Origin: Podarcis erhardii
Taxonomy: Eukaryota
DNA: 64,000 nucleotides
Assembly: GCA_964252035.1 (NCBI GenBank)
Contig: OZ176204.1
Direction: 5' to 3' (one strand)
Shown here: one piece after another, positions 24,130-34,761 of the stretch
Numbering within the stretch: position 1 is the stretch's first letter
How the letters are laid out: each line of letters opens with the position of its first letter
Notes under the pieces: generated by a model
What the model saw: the letters and a program-made list of their open reading frames with translations, nothing else
Databases searched by the model: none
What the model was told of the DNA's origin: nothing
Program-made: the position numbers and the translations under genes

Positions 24130-25110
24130 GTGTCTCTTTAACGCAGGGCGGAGCTGTAAAGCAGGCCCGGCAGGGCTCCTGCTCTCCTCTGCCTGCTTCT
24201 GCACTCCGGAGCCGCAGCTCAGTCGGGGCGGTGAGATTTTTAACCTCATCGGGCAGGGACGGAAGTAAGAGAGCCGGAGGCAGCTCGGGCTCTGCCGCCG
24301 AGGCCCGGCCGCGGAAGCGACGGCGCCCGGAAACGAGAGGCCTCGTGATTGCAGTAATTGTGCGGGGCGCTGTTGCTTTCGGACCTGGACGGGGAGAGGC
24401 GCCGAGGTTCTCGCTGCCCGCGCGCCCAGAGCTTCGCTGGAGAAACGCCCGGGTCGACCTGCCTGCACTCGGCGCGGCGCTCGGCCTCCTCGGAGCGGAC
24501 CCCGGGGCGCCTAAGGGAGAGCCGCTGTCAACTCCCGAGAGCGCGCGAGGAAGGGAGAAAAAGGGAAGCAGCGGGGCAGCGGGACGAGGGACGGAGCCCG
24601 GGAGTGCCAGGACCTGACCGCTGCGGAGGAGCAGGGCGCGCAGGAGCTGGCGGACGAGAGTTAAGGGGACTCGGGAGTCGTGAGAGGCAGGCAGCGGGGC
24701 CCTCCTCGAGGACGTGGAAGTGCCCGGCGAGAGCAAGAAGGGCGTCGTGGCGCCGGAGTCGGCGGGGAGACCGGCTGGAAGAGGCAGGGCGCGTTGGTGA
24801 GGCGCCGCCAGCTTCGCCCCGCCGCGGCGCGTCCCGCTGAGCTCCTTCCCCATGTGGTCGGCAGCCGCGGCGGACGCCCCGAGATGAAGCTGCGGCAGGT
24901 CTCGGACTGGAGCGACTTCGTCCGCGGCCGCTGCCTGCGAGAGCTGCTGGAGCAGGGCCGCCCGGGCGAGGCTCCCAGCCGCCTCTTAGCCAGCCCGGAC
25001 AGGCAGCATCTGCTTCTGTTGTGGAACCAGCCGGCCTCGCAGGCTCGGGTTGTGGCCTTCCAGCGCTTGGGCGCCGACGGGGCGGACCTGGAGAGGAGTT
25101 GGCAGCCTCC
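24130..25110. promoter_or_regulatory. CpG island / HPS6 promoter and 5'UTR with clustered ETS cores (CGGAAGT ~24260, CGGAAG ~24312, CCGGAAA ~24327)
   Basis: Very GC/CpG-rich, no TATA box seen, ETS cores present. Confidence 0.8.
24852..24887 (+). other. uORF MWSAAAADAPR*, stop overlapping the HPS6 start (ATGA)
   Basis: ATG at 24852 and TGA at 24885-24887 overlap the ATG at 24884-24886 (read directly); translation is unproven. Confidence 0.6.
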
Positions 25111-27331
25111 TCAGCCGCCCGTGGTGGGGCTGCTTTTCCTGGAAAGCCCCGCGACAGCTGTCCCTTGGGTGCTGACCATCATCTGGGAGCACGGCAAGAC
25201 TGAACTCTGGCGATTTGTGCCCGCAGTGGGGTGGCACTTGCTGCAGAGCCTGGAGCTGTGCCATGGAGCTCGTGCCCGGGTTGTCTCCATCTGCAGCTGG
25301 GGGGCCCAGCTGGTGTGGTGTGAGGAGAGGCCCCCCTTGGACGCCCAGCTGACGCCTGAGAGGAGAGCCTTCAGGTACTGCATCTGCACTAGACGCCTTC
25401 AGATTGGGGAGCAGGGAGCCCAGCTAAGCCCCTTAAGGATTGTCTTGCACAACAGCCCTGTGTACCGAGTGCTCGCCTCACCCTCTGGTGTTTTCCTGCT
25501 GCCCACTCCAGCCACCTTCCAGGGAGTAGCCAAGTTTGTCCTCATCTGGCGTCCCGAAAATGCTGACATCATCATTGCTGCTCCATCCAAAGGCTGCATT
25601 TGTACTAAGGCTTTGCTTCCAGGCAGTGAAGTGGACTTCAAGAAGCTGCTCTTGGGCTGTGTGGGACTCTTGGCAAACATGGACCCTTTGGATATCCATA
25701 GCTGTGTGCTCTCTGGTCGCAGGGGGCTCCTCCTGGTTAGCACGGCAGGAGCTGTGGAGCTGGTACAGCCCGACGGAGTGTGGAGACCCATCTTTGACTT
25801 TGGGGGAAGTGCCTTGGCCCCAGGGGAACAGGTCCAGCTGAAGGTTTTTGGAGACACCCTTGCCTGCTTCTTTGGAGGGGCTCTTTATCTTGTGGACTTG
25901 GGCAGCAGGCAGTTGATAGAAAAGAAAGTCCTGAGCACGGAGGAAGTGCTTTTTTTGGACTTCCATGCTGAGGAGCAGGAAGTGCAGCTCCTGGGTCCGA
26001 ATGGCATCTACAGCCTTGACTTCTCTGGTACCGACAGGGAAGAGCCCACCCTGGTGGAGATGGTTTTTGAAGAGGCCTGCAAATACTATCAGCGGCGGAG
26101 CCTCAGCAGCTCTCAGCTCACCGTAGAGAAACTGAAAAAGGGAGACATGTTCCAGGCTCCCATTGCACTCTCCTCCATCCTGTGCTATAGCCTTGCTTCC
26201 AAGGATAAACGTCCCAGGGCCCTCCCAGAGCCTTATGCCAAACTGCTGGGCACAATGCAGCTGGAACTGCAGAGCTACCAAAAGCTGGAATTCCTTAAAT
26301 TGTGTGTGGTCGGGGCCTCGGAAAGTGAGGTGGAGAGCTATGGTGAGGCGCTCGTGGAGCAGGAGCTCGGTCGTCTTCTACACTTGGACTTAAACAAGGA
26401 GAACCTGGCCTATCTGAATGCCATCTTCAGTTCCTTCCCTGGGGCCTCTTGGAAGGCCATCCAAAACCACCTGCAGCTGCAACAGAATGGGGATGGAGTA
26501 GTGGTAGCCAGAGCTACTCCAGATGTGTGGAAGAAAATCCTGGGGGGATCAGTGCCCGGCCTCAGCAAGCAAGAGGAGGGGCCTCTAAATGGGATGGTTC
26601 CACTTTTTGAACTCGTCTGTCTCTCGCTGCACCAATTCAAGCCTAAGTGGCTGCCTCAGTTTGTGGGGCTATCCCAAGAGTACATGAGTGCCTCTTGGAC
26701 TTACGGAAACAAGGAGGGCCCCGAGGGTGCTGTGCCCCTCTACAAAAGGGCACTGGCTGTGCTGCCAAGGAGGAGCAGGGGCTCTCTGGCAGATGGGGAA
26801 ATGGAGATTGAGCTCCTGCTATGTAGCCAGCGGCCCAAAGCCATCCTGCAGGCCATGGACCTCCTTATCCAGCATGGGAGATGGCAGCGTGTGATGGAGG
26901 CTGCAGAAAAGTTCTCCATGCTAAGCCCTTTGCTGAACAAAGAGATCTTCACCATCCTTTTGAGAGAGTGCTCCCAGCATAGGGACCTGGACCCTTACTT
27001 GGACAAGCTGTGGGAATTCTGCCCTGCAAATCTGAGCGCTTCTGACATCCTGAGCGTTCTTCAGCAATACTTACCCCCAACAGAACTTGATCCTCCTCCC
27101 TTTCTCCCAGGTGGGTCATCCCAGCTGACTGTTGGCCTGCTGAAGCCCCTGTTGCACAGACTAGCCCAGGGCCCACCTGGCCAGGATGAAATCTATGCTG
27201 TCTTACAGAGTCCATCTTTCCCACCACCAACCCCACCCAGGCAAAAGAAAGATACCCCAAAGGCAGCTGCCCAGGAGGAGTTAACCCCCTTTCAGAACCA
27301 CACACACCACTCCTTGCGTGAGGTGGTATGA
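24884..27331 (+). CDS. HPS6: HPS6, BLOC-2 subunit; single coding exon, 815 aa
   Basis: Long intronless ORF with first in-frame ATG at 24884 (MKLRQVSDWSDF). Motifs SPDRQHLLLL, LERSW, LLQSLELCHGARARVV, LVWCEER and C-terminal PPTPPR match HPS6 as recalled. Lies head-to-head with ARMH3, as in human. Confidence 0.96.
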   Translation: MKLRQVSDWSDFVRGRCLRELLEQGRPGEAPSRLLASPDRQHLLLLWNQPASQARVVAFQRLGADGADLERSWQPPQPPVVGLLFLESPATAVPWVLTIIWEHGKTELWRFVPAVGWHLLQSLELCHGARARVVSICSWGAQLVWCEERPPLDAQLTPERRAFRYCICTRRLQIGEQGAQLSPLRIVLHNSPVYRVLASPSGVFLLPTPATFQGVAKFVLIWRPENADIIIAAPSKGCICTKALLPGSEVDFKKLLLGCVGLLANMDPLDIHSCVLSGRRGLLLVSTAGAVELVQPDGVWRPIFDFGGSALAPGEQVQLKVFGDTLACFFGGALYLVDLGSRQLIEKKVLSTEEVLFLDFHAEEQEVQLLGPNGIYSLDFSGTDREEPTLVEMVFEEACKYYQRRSLSSSQLTVEKLKKGDMFQAPIALSSILCYSLASKDKRPRALPEPYAKLLGTMQLELQSYQKLEFLKLCVVGASESEVESYGEALVEQELGRLLHLDLNKENLAYLNAIFSSFPGASWKAIQNHLQLQQNGDGVVVARATPDVWKKILGGSVPGLSKQEEGPLNGMVPLFELVCLSLHQFKPKWLPQFVGLSQEYMSASWTYGNKEGPEGAVPLYKRALAVLPRRSRGSLADGEMEIELLLCSQRPKAILQAMDLLIQHGRWQRVMEAAEKFSMLSPLLNKEIFTILLRECSQHRDLDPYLDKLWEFCPANLSASDILSVLQQYLPPTELDPPPFLPGGSSQLTVGLLKPLLHRLAQGPPGQDEIYAVLQSPSFPPPTPPRQKKDTPKAAAQEELTPFQNHTHHSLREVV

Positions 27332-29534
27332 AGCTTAGAGGTGGGGACAGGCAAAAGGGCATCCACAGTAATTGGGCCTGGTGGGGTCAGGTAGCCTTCA
27401 ACCTGTGTATCCACTTAGGCCCTGAATCAGCAAGCTGCCTCTGCCAGAGTGGGAGGTAAATCCCAAAGTTTATTGCATTGCCAATGGGTTTTTTGGAAGA
27501 GTGCAGAGCTTGTAGCAAGGGTTGGGTGTTTCTGGTGCCTTAAACAAGAGCAGATAAAGTCACATAGCAGCTACACTATTGCTCACACAGTTGAGACTAG
27601 CTGAAGAACTGCTGCTGGTGTGTTCCCTTCCATTTGTGAATGATGCTGGTGGGCTTGGGTTTTGTTAAACTTCCTCTACGTTTTGGTAAAATGCTAGTTT
27701 ACATGCACCTGACATATTTGCATGCGAGCTTAGTGTCACTGGGGAATTGCCTTGCTTTGACTACCTTAAGGATGCGCATCTTGAACTTCCATCAATATGC
27801 TTTAGTAGTTACCTTTTAAAGTGCAGGGATTGCTCCTGGCAATATGCCATCCTGTATGTTGCCAAGTTTCACTGACCAGTATTACTTCCCCCCTGAGACC
27901 AGCGTTTTGGAAAGTCCCTGACGGAAAGCATGTTGTCTGTCTGCTTCTCTGGCTGATAACCCCCAGCTCACTCCTCTGATGTGTTTAAACATGCATTATT
28001 TACCTGCAACTGGGGAAGCCCCACTGCAAATGTGTGCACACACCTTTGTCCCCTGGAGTGGTTTTATCTTTTGCTTTTTATACAAAAAGAAAAGTGGAGG
28101 TTGTCAATAGAAGGAGCTCTGCAGTTCCCTGGGGTAGGGTATGTCCTGTACACTTGCAGAGTAGTGTAACTCTTGCCTCGTGTTTGCCTCTTGCCTCTTG
28201 CCTCACGCTGGCTGTAGGCTTAAATCAAACGTATCTCTATTATAGAGGAAGAATGATGGGGACTTGGAGCAAGACAGTAATGCTTATTGGTGTCTTGCAT
28301 TTCCTTCATTCTGCCTAAGAATAACTGCCATGGGGGATGAGGAATATTCTCACATAATGAGACTTTTATCACTGAAGCCACCTTACATAGATGGGGCAGG
28401 AAGAGTAAATTTTAACATTTCCAGACAGGAGTGGGTTTTTCGTTTTGCAGGTGGGAGAAAACATTTTAAACCTTATGAAATTGCTGCAATTGCTTTTTTT
28501 TAAAATGCAAAGGTTCCCCAATATGGTACAAAGGAGAGAGCTGGCTTATTGAGTGTAAGCAGCAAGTCACCATGCAGTTCAGTTTTCAAACTCAGTGGAT
28601 GGGTTTGCCAGCCAAAAATGGGGTGGGGAAGGCTTTATTACTCACAGAGTTGTCTGGATTATTTACGCCTGTTGAATTGGGTGGTTAATTTTCTGTAGGC
28701 TTATGACCCTTTGTAAGACAGGACCCTGCCCTGAGACCGAGCTGCCTGAATTCCAAGCAGATCACATGTATTCTGCCTCAGCCCAAGCCTGATGCTGCAG
28801 CAATCTGGATTTTTCCTGTGCAGAGCAAATACGTCTTTTTGGTGCTGCAGATTAGCCTTTCCTGGGCTGGGGAAATGGATAAGTAGCAGAACACAAGGAC
28901 AGCTTTGGATCTTGCCCCCTTCTGTCAGATAATGAGGAAAGCCCTACCAATACTGACCAGTGACCAGTTTGTCAATACTTGGCATGCAGAGGTATAATTG
29001 TGTTACTGGGAGTTGCCTTCCAAAACCAGCACAAATGGAGGACTTGTTGCAAACCTAGTTAATCCACATCTGCAATACTGTTTACAAGTTTTCTTCAGGC
29101 TCTCAGGGAACCCATAATACGCTTCCTCACCCTGGAGCCATTTTTTTTAAAAAAATAACTATAAGGATAAGACAAGAGTAAATCATCTTGTCCTTCATAC
29201 CTGAAAACTTAAGAGGAATGTGTGGGTTCTTGTAAAGAGGAGTGGGCTTTCTTTTTCCAAGTGCTGCACAAATATCCTCCTCTCTGCAAAACCTAAAAAA
29301 AAAAAAATTTTAAGGTTTTGACAGTGCTGGGATTCACAAGCTTCCCTTTGATGGCCCAGTGGGGCCTCTTAGGCAGAGGATTAAGAGAAACTGCCCGCAT
29401 AATGGTCCTTGGATGGTGTGTTTGCCCTGCCCATCCTGAGTAACTTGGCAGAGAATTTTTTTGTGCTAATCTTGGCAAGTTTATTCTGTTTTTAATGAGA
29501 TTCTTGTTTTTGAATCCTGTGTGCTGTATGCAGT

Positions 29535-29540
29535 ATTAAA
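29535..29540 (+). terminator. Candidate HPS6 poly(A) signal ATTAAA
   Basis: First AATAAA/ATTAAA-type hexamer I noticed downstream of the stop; GU-rich sequence follows. Confidence 0.25.
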
Positions 29541-30476
29541 AGGTAAACAACCTTGAAGAGGACTCATCTGTGGCTGTGAAGTACCTGGCATATGTATTGT
29601 TGGGCACCCAGCTGTGTGTGCCTTTTCTGTTGATTCAGGCTTGGCCTCACTTGTTAATGGGGAACAATCCCAGCAGATAAATTGCAGCCTGACCCAGAAA
29701 AAGTCCCTCCACTAAAAAGCAAACCATTGCTGGGAAGGAAAGCTGCAGTGGGCAAGCTGTTCTGCTAGCAATCAATGCACCTTTTGTCTGCTTATTCATA
29801 GCACAAGAGCTGTGCTGGCAGCTGCCCAGCTTCTTCTGTGAAAGCAGTTATGGGGGTCATAGTCTACCTTTTAGATTCCCTCACAGTTGCCTCCAACAAA
29901 GGAGAGGTTAAAAGTGTCCCTTCAAGTGGAGGGGGGAGATGTAAAGAGATTTGACAAGAGCTACACAAGTGCCGGAGGGAAGGGAGAAGCAATAGGTAAA
30001 TGGTTGCAAACCAGCTTGAAATAGGATTTCATTTTATAACAAGAGGGGAGTAGCGTGTGATGTCTCTTTAGACATAAAGAACAAGCAGCCTCCTTGGTCT
30101 GGATTTTTTCTTGATTTTATAAGCAGCAGCATGTAATACTGATTATTATGCTTCCAGGGGTGCCTTTTCCTAAAGGATGTCCTGGCTTTGTATCTGTTCC
30201 TTTGATGGAAACCAGAATACAATGGATTGGGGTGATGGTATTCCACTACTGAAAGAGCACTAGCCAATCCAGTGCAATAGAATCCCAAGATTATATTTAA
30301 CAGCAGTGTTTGCAGGAGTTACCTATTAGAAGACCTCATAGTTATTTGCTCTCCTCTCTACACACTCTTTGTATTTGTAAAGATCCAATGACAGACTTCA
30401 GTTTCCTGACCGTCTGATACTGTACCTGGCAGCGGCAGCTACCAGCTCATTTTAAGAGAGCCACAAAATGGGCAGG

Positions 30477-30571
30477 GCAGTATTCAACAGAGTTGAGTAG
30501 GCCCATTGAAATTACTGGGCCTGACTTAGTCATGTTCATCAATTTCTGAGTAACGTTCAGTTGAATACCAC
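30477..30571. mobile_element. ~95-bp palindromic MITE-like repeat (GTATTCAAC ends)
   Basis: Inverted ends G(C/T)(A/G)GTATTCAAC; related decayed copies at ~17045-17140 and ~56166-56260. Confidence 0.65.
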
Positions 30572-31149
30572 TCTTGGATCACTTCCAGTCAATGGGCACA
30601 GGAGGAGCAACTTCCAGTCCAACAAGGCAGCACTAGATTTTGTGACCCTTATTTCTCACGGAGCCTTTTCTCTACAGAAGTTCTTCCACCACTTTGATTT
30701 TCCAATATTTCAGCCCTGGCTTATACCTTACAATTGTAGTGGAAAGTCTGATTGCACTGAAGTGATATAAAAAGACAAATGGATCATCCAATAATTATAG
30801 AAAATGCTAAAAGAGCGCTTTCACTCACACGGGGAACTGTAGTATCACATGTACTCTGGGTATGGGTGGGTTGTGGCATTTAATTCAAGCGGCTTATTAC
30901 TACAGCAGGATCAAGGGAGGAAAAGTGGGAGTAGATTCTTCACTTCAGATTGCTAATCATTTCCCACTTCTGATCCTGTGGCTTTACAACATGATTCCTG
31001 GATTATCTAGTACCACTCAAACAGACTTTCGTTTTCATTTTCATTTGAAATCTTGTAGGGCTTGGCAATTGGAAGTGCCACTGTGTTTGCACTTTGGAAA
31101 TGCCACAGAGAATCAGCATGGTAGATATTTCCCATCCTGGACATAATAA

Positions 31150-33000
31150 TATAGAATTACTTCCCCCTAAGGTTAACTATACCTTCTTGTGAGTTTTCAC
31201 ATGTTCTCCGCTTTGCCACACTAGTGAGCACAGTTAGGGATATTCTGCAGACTTTTCTTTAGAGGAAGAACTCTTGGTGATGTTGCAGTGATAAATGCTT
31301 CCCGTTTCTTATTATTGCATACTTGTTCCTTGTGTTTTACATAGGTATGGGAATCTTTTGCTCTCCAGGCCAAATGTTCCCCACCTGCTTTAGCATATCT
31401 TTCTAACCATCTTAAGTCTTGATTGTAACTCCTGGGCACCTCTTCTCCCTACACAACACTTACCAGGAATTTGCGCACTTACAAATCAGTACACAAATGT
31501 CAGCCCTCAAGCTTGTATGGCTGCTACACAGTAGTGTACCCTCATCTCTCTCTCTCTTATTTGTTTTTTATAAAATTTGTCCAGCTAGGCTTTTGTCTTA
31601 CACCACAGAATTCACCTACCACATTTTCTGAGAGGGTTGTAAAGCATTTCAGGAAGTAAGTTCTGTTGCAATGTAGTCTTTTTCTCAGATGGTTAAAAAT
31701 ATCCTGCTGAACATCTGTGCTGCTATATCTCGATCCAGCTGTAATAGCATAATACCTTGCCCCTTGGTATTGGAATTAAAGGATAGCACTGATGAATTGG
31801 GAACTGCCACACCAGTTTGTTTTTAAGGTAGGAGATGAAGACCCATATGAGAGGTTATAAAAGACTCAAAACTGAAATGGATACTAAATAGAATGATGTT
31901 GGAAGGGTTATAGTATTTTGGTGGTGCAGGGCAGTACTAAAGAATAGGTGTTGTTTAGGGAGGGTACAGCTGCCAATAAGAAGCTGGCTTTTATTAGCTG
32001 TAATAGGGCTTTGAAACCTCCCTCACTGATCAAGTATAGTGGGCATACAGTGCCTCCTACAGTTTACAAAATGACATTTGGACTATCTGCTCTTATCAGT
32101 GATGCTGTAGGATACAGCCACTATATGCCTGATGTGACCGCATAACCACATCGTTCTTAATAGCAAGTATAGCCAATGATATGCTAGCAATTTGGAGGAG
32201 ATTGAATTTACCCATTCTTAATAGCAAGTATAGCCAGTGATATGTTAGCAATTTGGAGGAGATTGCATTTTCCCAGCAACAAAAATGCTGCAGACTCCCT
32301 ATAACACACGTACTGAAAAGGCAGCTGGATCTCATACAGTAATTCTGTACCAATCTTTAAAAATACTGAATAAAAATGCATCACCAGGAAGAACTCTTCT
32401 CATTAACTAGGGAATTTGTCCAGCCTCAGAACCCTGATTAAGTTCTCAGACAGCAGCCCAAATGCAGCAAGATCAACGCGCCACTTTCAAGGAGCTGCCA
32501 CTGAAGCCAAGTGTGTAAATAATGCTTATCTACCCACAGCAGGAATCCAAAGCGAAATTTATTAGAAACAGGAATGGGGGTGCATGGGAGGCTTCTTTCC
32601 ACCTGGGAAAATACATCACTACAATAACAGAGACCAAATTTTAAAAGCATACAGCCTACCTAGACTCCTAACCTTGGCAATAAACATTCTACGTACATTT
32701 AGACCAGCATTTCTGGTGGAATGTACAACCCACTGGTGGTTGTTAAAGGAGGTAGTACAATGTATCTTGGCATCTGGCACATGCTGTTTCTGATTACTTC
32801 TTGGATTTCTTATTGAAAGCTTGTAACCCATTAAAGAGAGACAAGCTTTACTACCACACGGGCAATGCTCAACTAAATTATTTCACAAGCAGAACAGTCT
32901 CCGCTTGCACAAACAGGACTTCCCCCCCATCCCTGTGCATGTCCTGCACCACCCCCAAATTTTCTCCCAAGGATTGGGGGAACCCCTAAAACAGATTTCG
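31150..33000 (-). mobile_element. Heavily decayed RTE-X-like LINE relic
   Basis: Fragments MFIAKVRSLGRLYAFKIW and KREAFITATSPRVLP..NIPNCAH*CGKAE resemble, in the same order, segments of the 6642-8481 element. Confidence 0.4.
32154..32274. repeat. 61-bp tandem duplication
   Basis: TTCTTAATAGCAAGTATAGCC..GGAGGAGATTG unit at 32154 and 32215. Confidence 0.92.
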
Positions 33001-33341
33001 TTGGGAGAACACTCTGTTGCACAAGGAAAAATCCTTCCACAGACAGAAGTTCGCCTTAGTGCTATACTGAATTCCACCCTCAGTTTAGATTGAAGGCATG
33101 AAAGTTAGGCTGAGGCCATTCCCAGTTCTACTAGAGTTTTCGGTCCGCAGTGAGACCTACTTTTTTTGGCACGATGCATTTGTATAAATTCATTGTTTTG
33201 GGAAAATATAAAATGCCAAAGACTGCAAATCAAGGAGGGGGGCAGAAGAAGTTCATACGAAAGGGGAACATACAAATGCACGTCCTGAGATAGCAAGGGA
33301 CGACATGAAATGTGAAAAGTGTTCTAGCCACCAACTTAGAC

Positions 33342-33463
33342 CAGCCTTTGCCAACTTGGTGGTTTTCAGATGTTTGGGACTGCATTTCCCATCGGCCTCA
33401 GCAATGGTACTGCCTTGGGAAATCACCATCTGAAACATCTGGAGGACAGGTTGGTGACGAGTG
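33342..33463. mobile_element. Old hAT MITE
   Basis: CAGATGTTTGGGACTGCATTTCCCATC...AACATCTGG core; decayed TIRs. Confidence 0.7.
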
Positions 33464-33593
33464 GCCTAAGGCAACATGTGCTTTCTGCACATGTGGATTA
33501 GCAGAACCATACAGTATGCGTTGTTTGGTGGTAGTTTTTTAGCTAAGGCTCCTTTTGCTATACAGTACTTGCTCCTTTCTTTCCAGTCTAGAG

Positions 33594-33792
33594 TAGGGAT
33601 GGGGAGAAGGTGGGACCACCTAGCACTTGCTGGTTGCTGGGATTCTTGTTGAGCAGGAATGGAGAATGTATGTCCCTCCAGATGTTGCTGGACTACAACT
33701 TCCATAAGTCCTTATCATTTGCCATGATTGCTAGGGCTAATGGGAGCTGGAGTCAAGACAACATCTGGAAGGCCACAAGATCCTCACCCCTG
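33594..33792. mobile_element. Old hAT MITE
   Basis: Left flank GTCTAGAG; CCCTCCAGATGTTGCTGGACTACAACT...AACATCTGGAAGGCC core. Confidence 0.75.
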
Positions 33793-34709
33793 TTGTAAAG
33801 GATAGATAGAAATTGCCCTGAGACACCAAGGCACCGTTTAGCATTTTTAAATAAGAGTGCATTGTCAATGCATTGTACACAATTCAGTTATACCTTCATT
33901 ATTAAGAGATTTAGAGCACACGATTTTGCTTTGTAAATTTAAACACACAGTAGAAAACCATAGAGAGTTTTTAAAAAAGCAGTCCCAATAAAACTGAAGT
34001 CAGCTCCCACTTCCTTGCTGGAGGATTGTCATGTTGCTCAGCATGAGGCTTCTTGTAATGCCCATAATTGAATTGCCAAAACGCTTCCCCAGCCAGTCAT
34101 TTTAGCTGTGTCACACAAAATCCTGGATTCAGCTGCATGAGACGGCATTCCTCAACCCCAAGTAGAGATGGGGACAGGGAGAGTTTTGCTGCTTCTGGGT
34201 GGATTAATTGCATTCGCTGGAGCCACCATCATTATTATGGACAGAAAGCAAGCACAGTCAGCCATCAACCCAAGCCAGCAGGATCATTCAATGGCATATA
34301 ACTGTGTAAGGCACTGGTGTTCAAAGAAGAGGCAGGCTCTCCAGAATACTTATATATGCTGCAGTGTGGCATAAGGAGCTACAGTCCCAATGGAAGGATC
34401 GTGGCTTTGCAGAAATGTCATAGTGCAGAGACTGCAAGCCTAGTCTTTAGGGTAGAAACACACACACACACACGTGGGGCTATGTATTGAAAACAAAGCT
34501 AGGCCTGGTCTTGTGTAACATGTCTTGCAGCTACCCCTAATGGTGTCATTCGCAGGATAAGCCAACTTGGCCAGGGAGAATTTGCTTCTGAGTGGTGATC
34601 CTTATGCTCCACATTGGAAAGAGAAGCAAAGCAGTTCTGCAGACATTCATGTGTCATCCTCAGTGTTGCTCAAGAACGATAGGTGGCAAGGTAATTGGCA
34701 AGGTAACTG

Positions 34710-34761
34710 CTAGTTCCTCAGCTCTGCTCGGGGCATTTTGAACATATGTGGTGGCCTTGAT
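34710..34761 (-). CDS. Prominin last coding exon ([16 protein letters not shown])
   Basis: Strong acceptor CTTTCTACTTTTCTCCCTTTGCAG, correct phase, TAG at 34710-34712. Confidence 0.8.

Noticed and set aside
24113-24853. 246-aa antisense ORF and other CpG-island ORFs (21727..22137, 24231..24617, 24358..24840)
   Set aside because: Stop-poor GC-rich DNA; no recognisable domains
24680-24883. 68-codon N-terminal extension of HPS6 from the GTG chosen by the ORF caller
   Set aside because: Low-complexity, GC-driven R/G/A-rich sequence with no resemblance to HPS6; homology starts at ATG 24884
25478-26281. 267-aa ORF antisense to HPS6
   Set aside because: Shadow frame of a real CDS; no protein features
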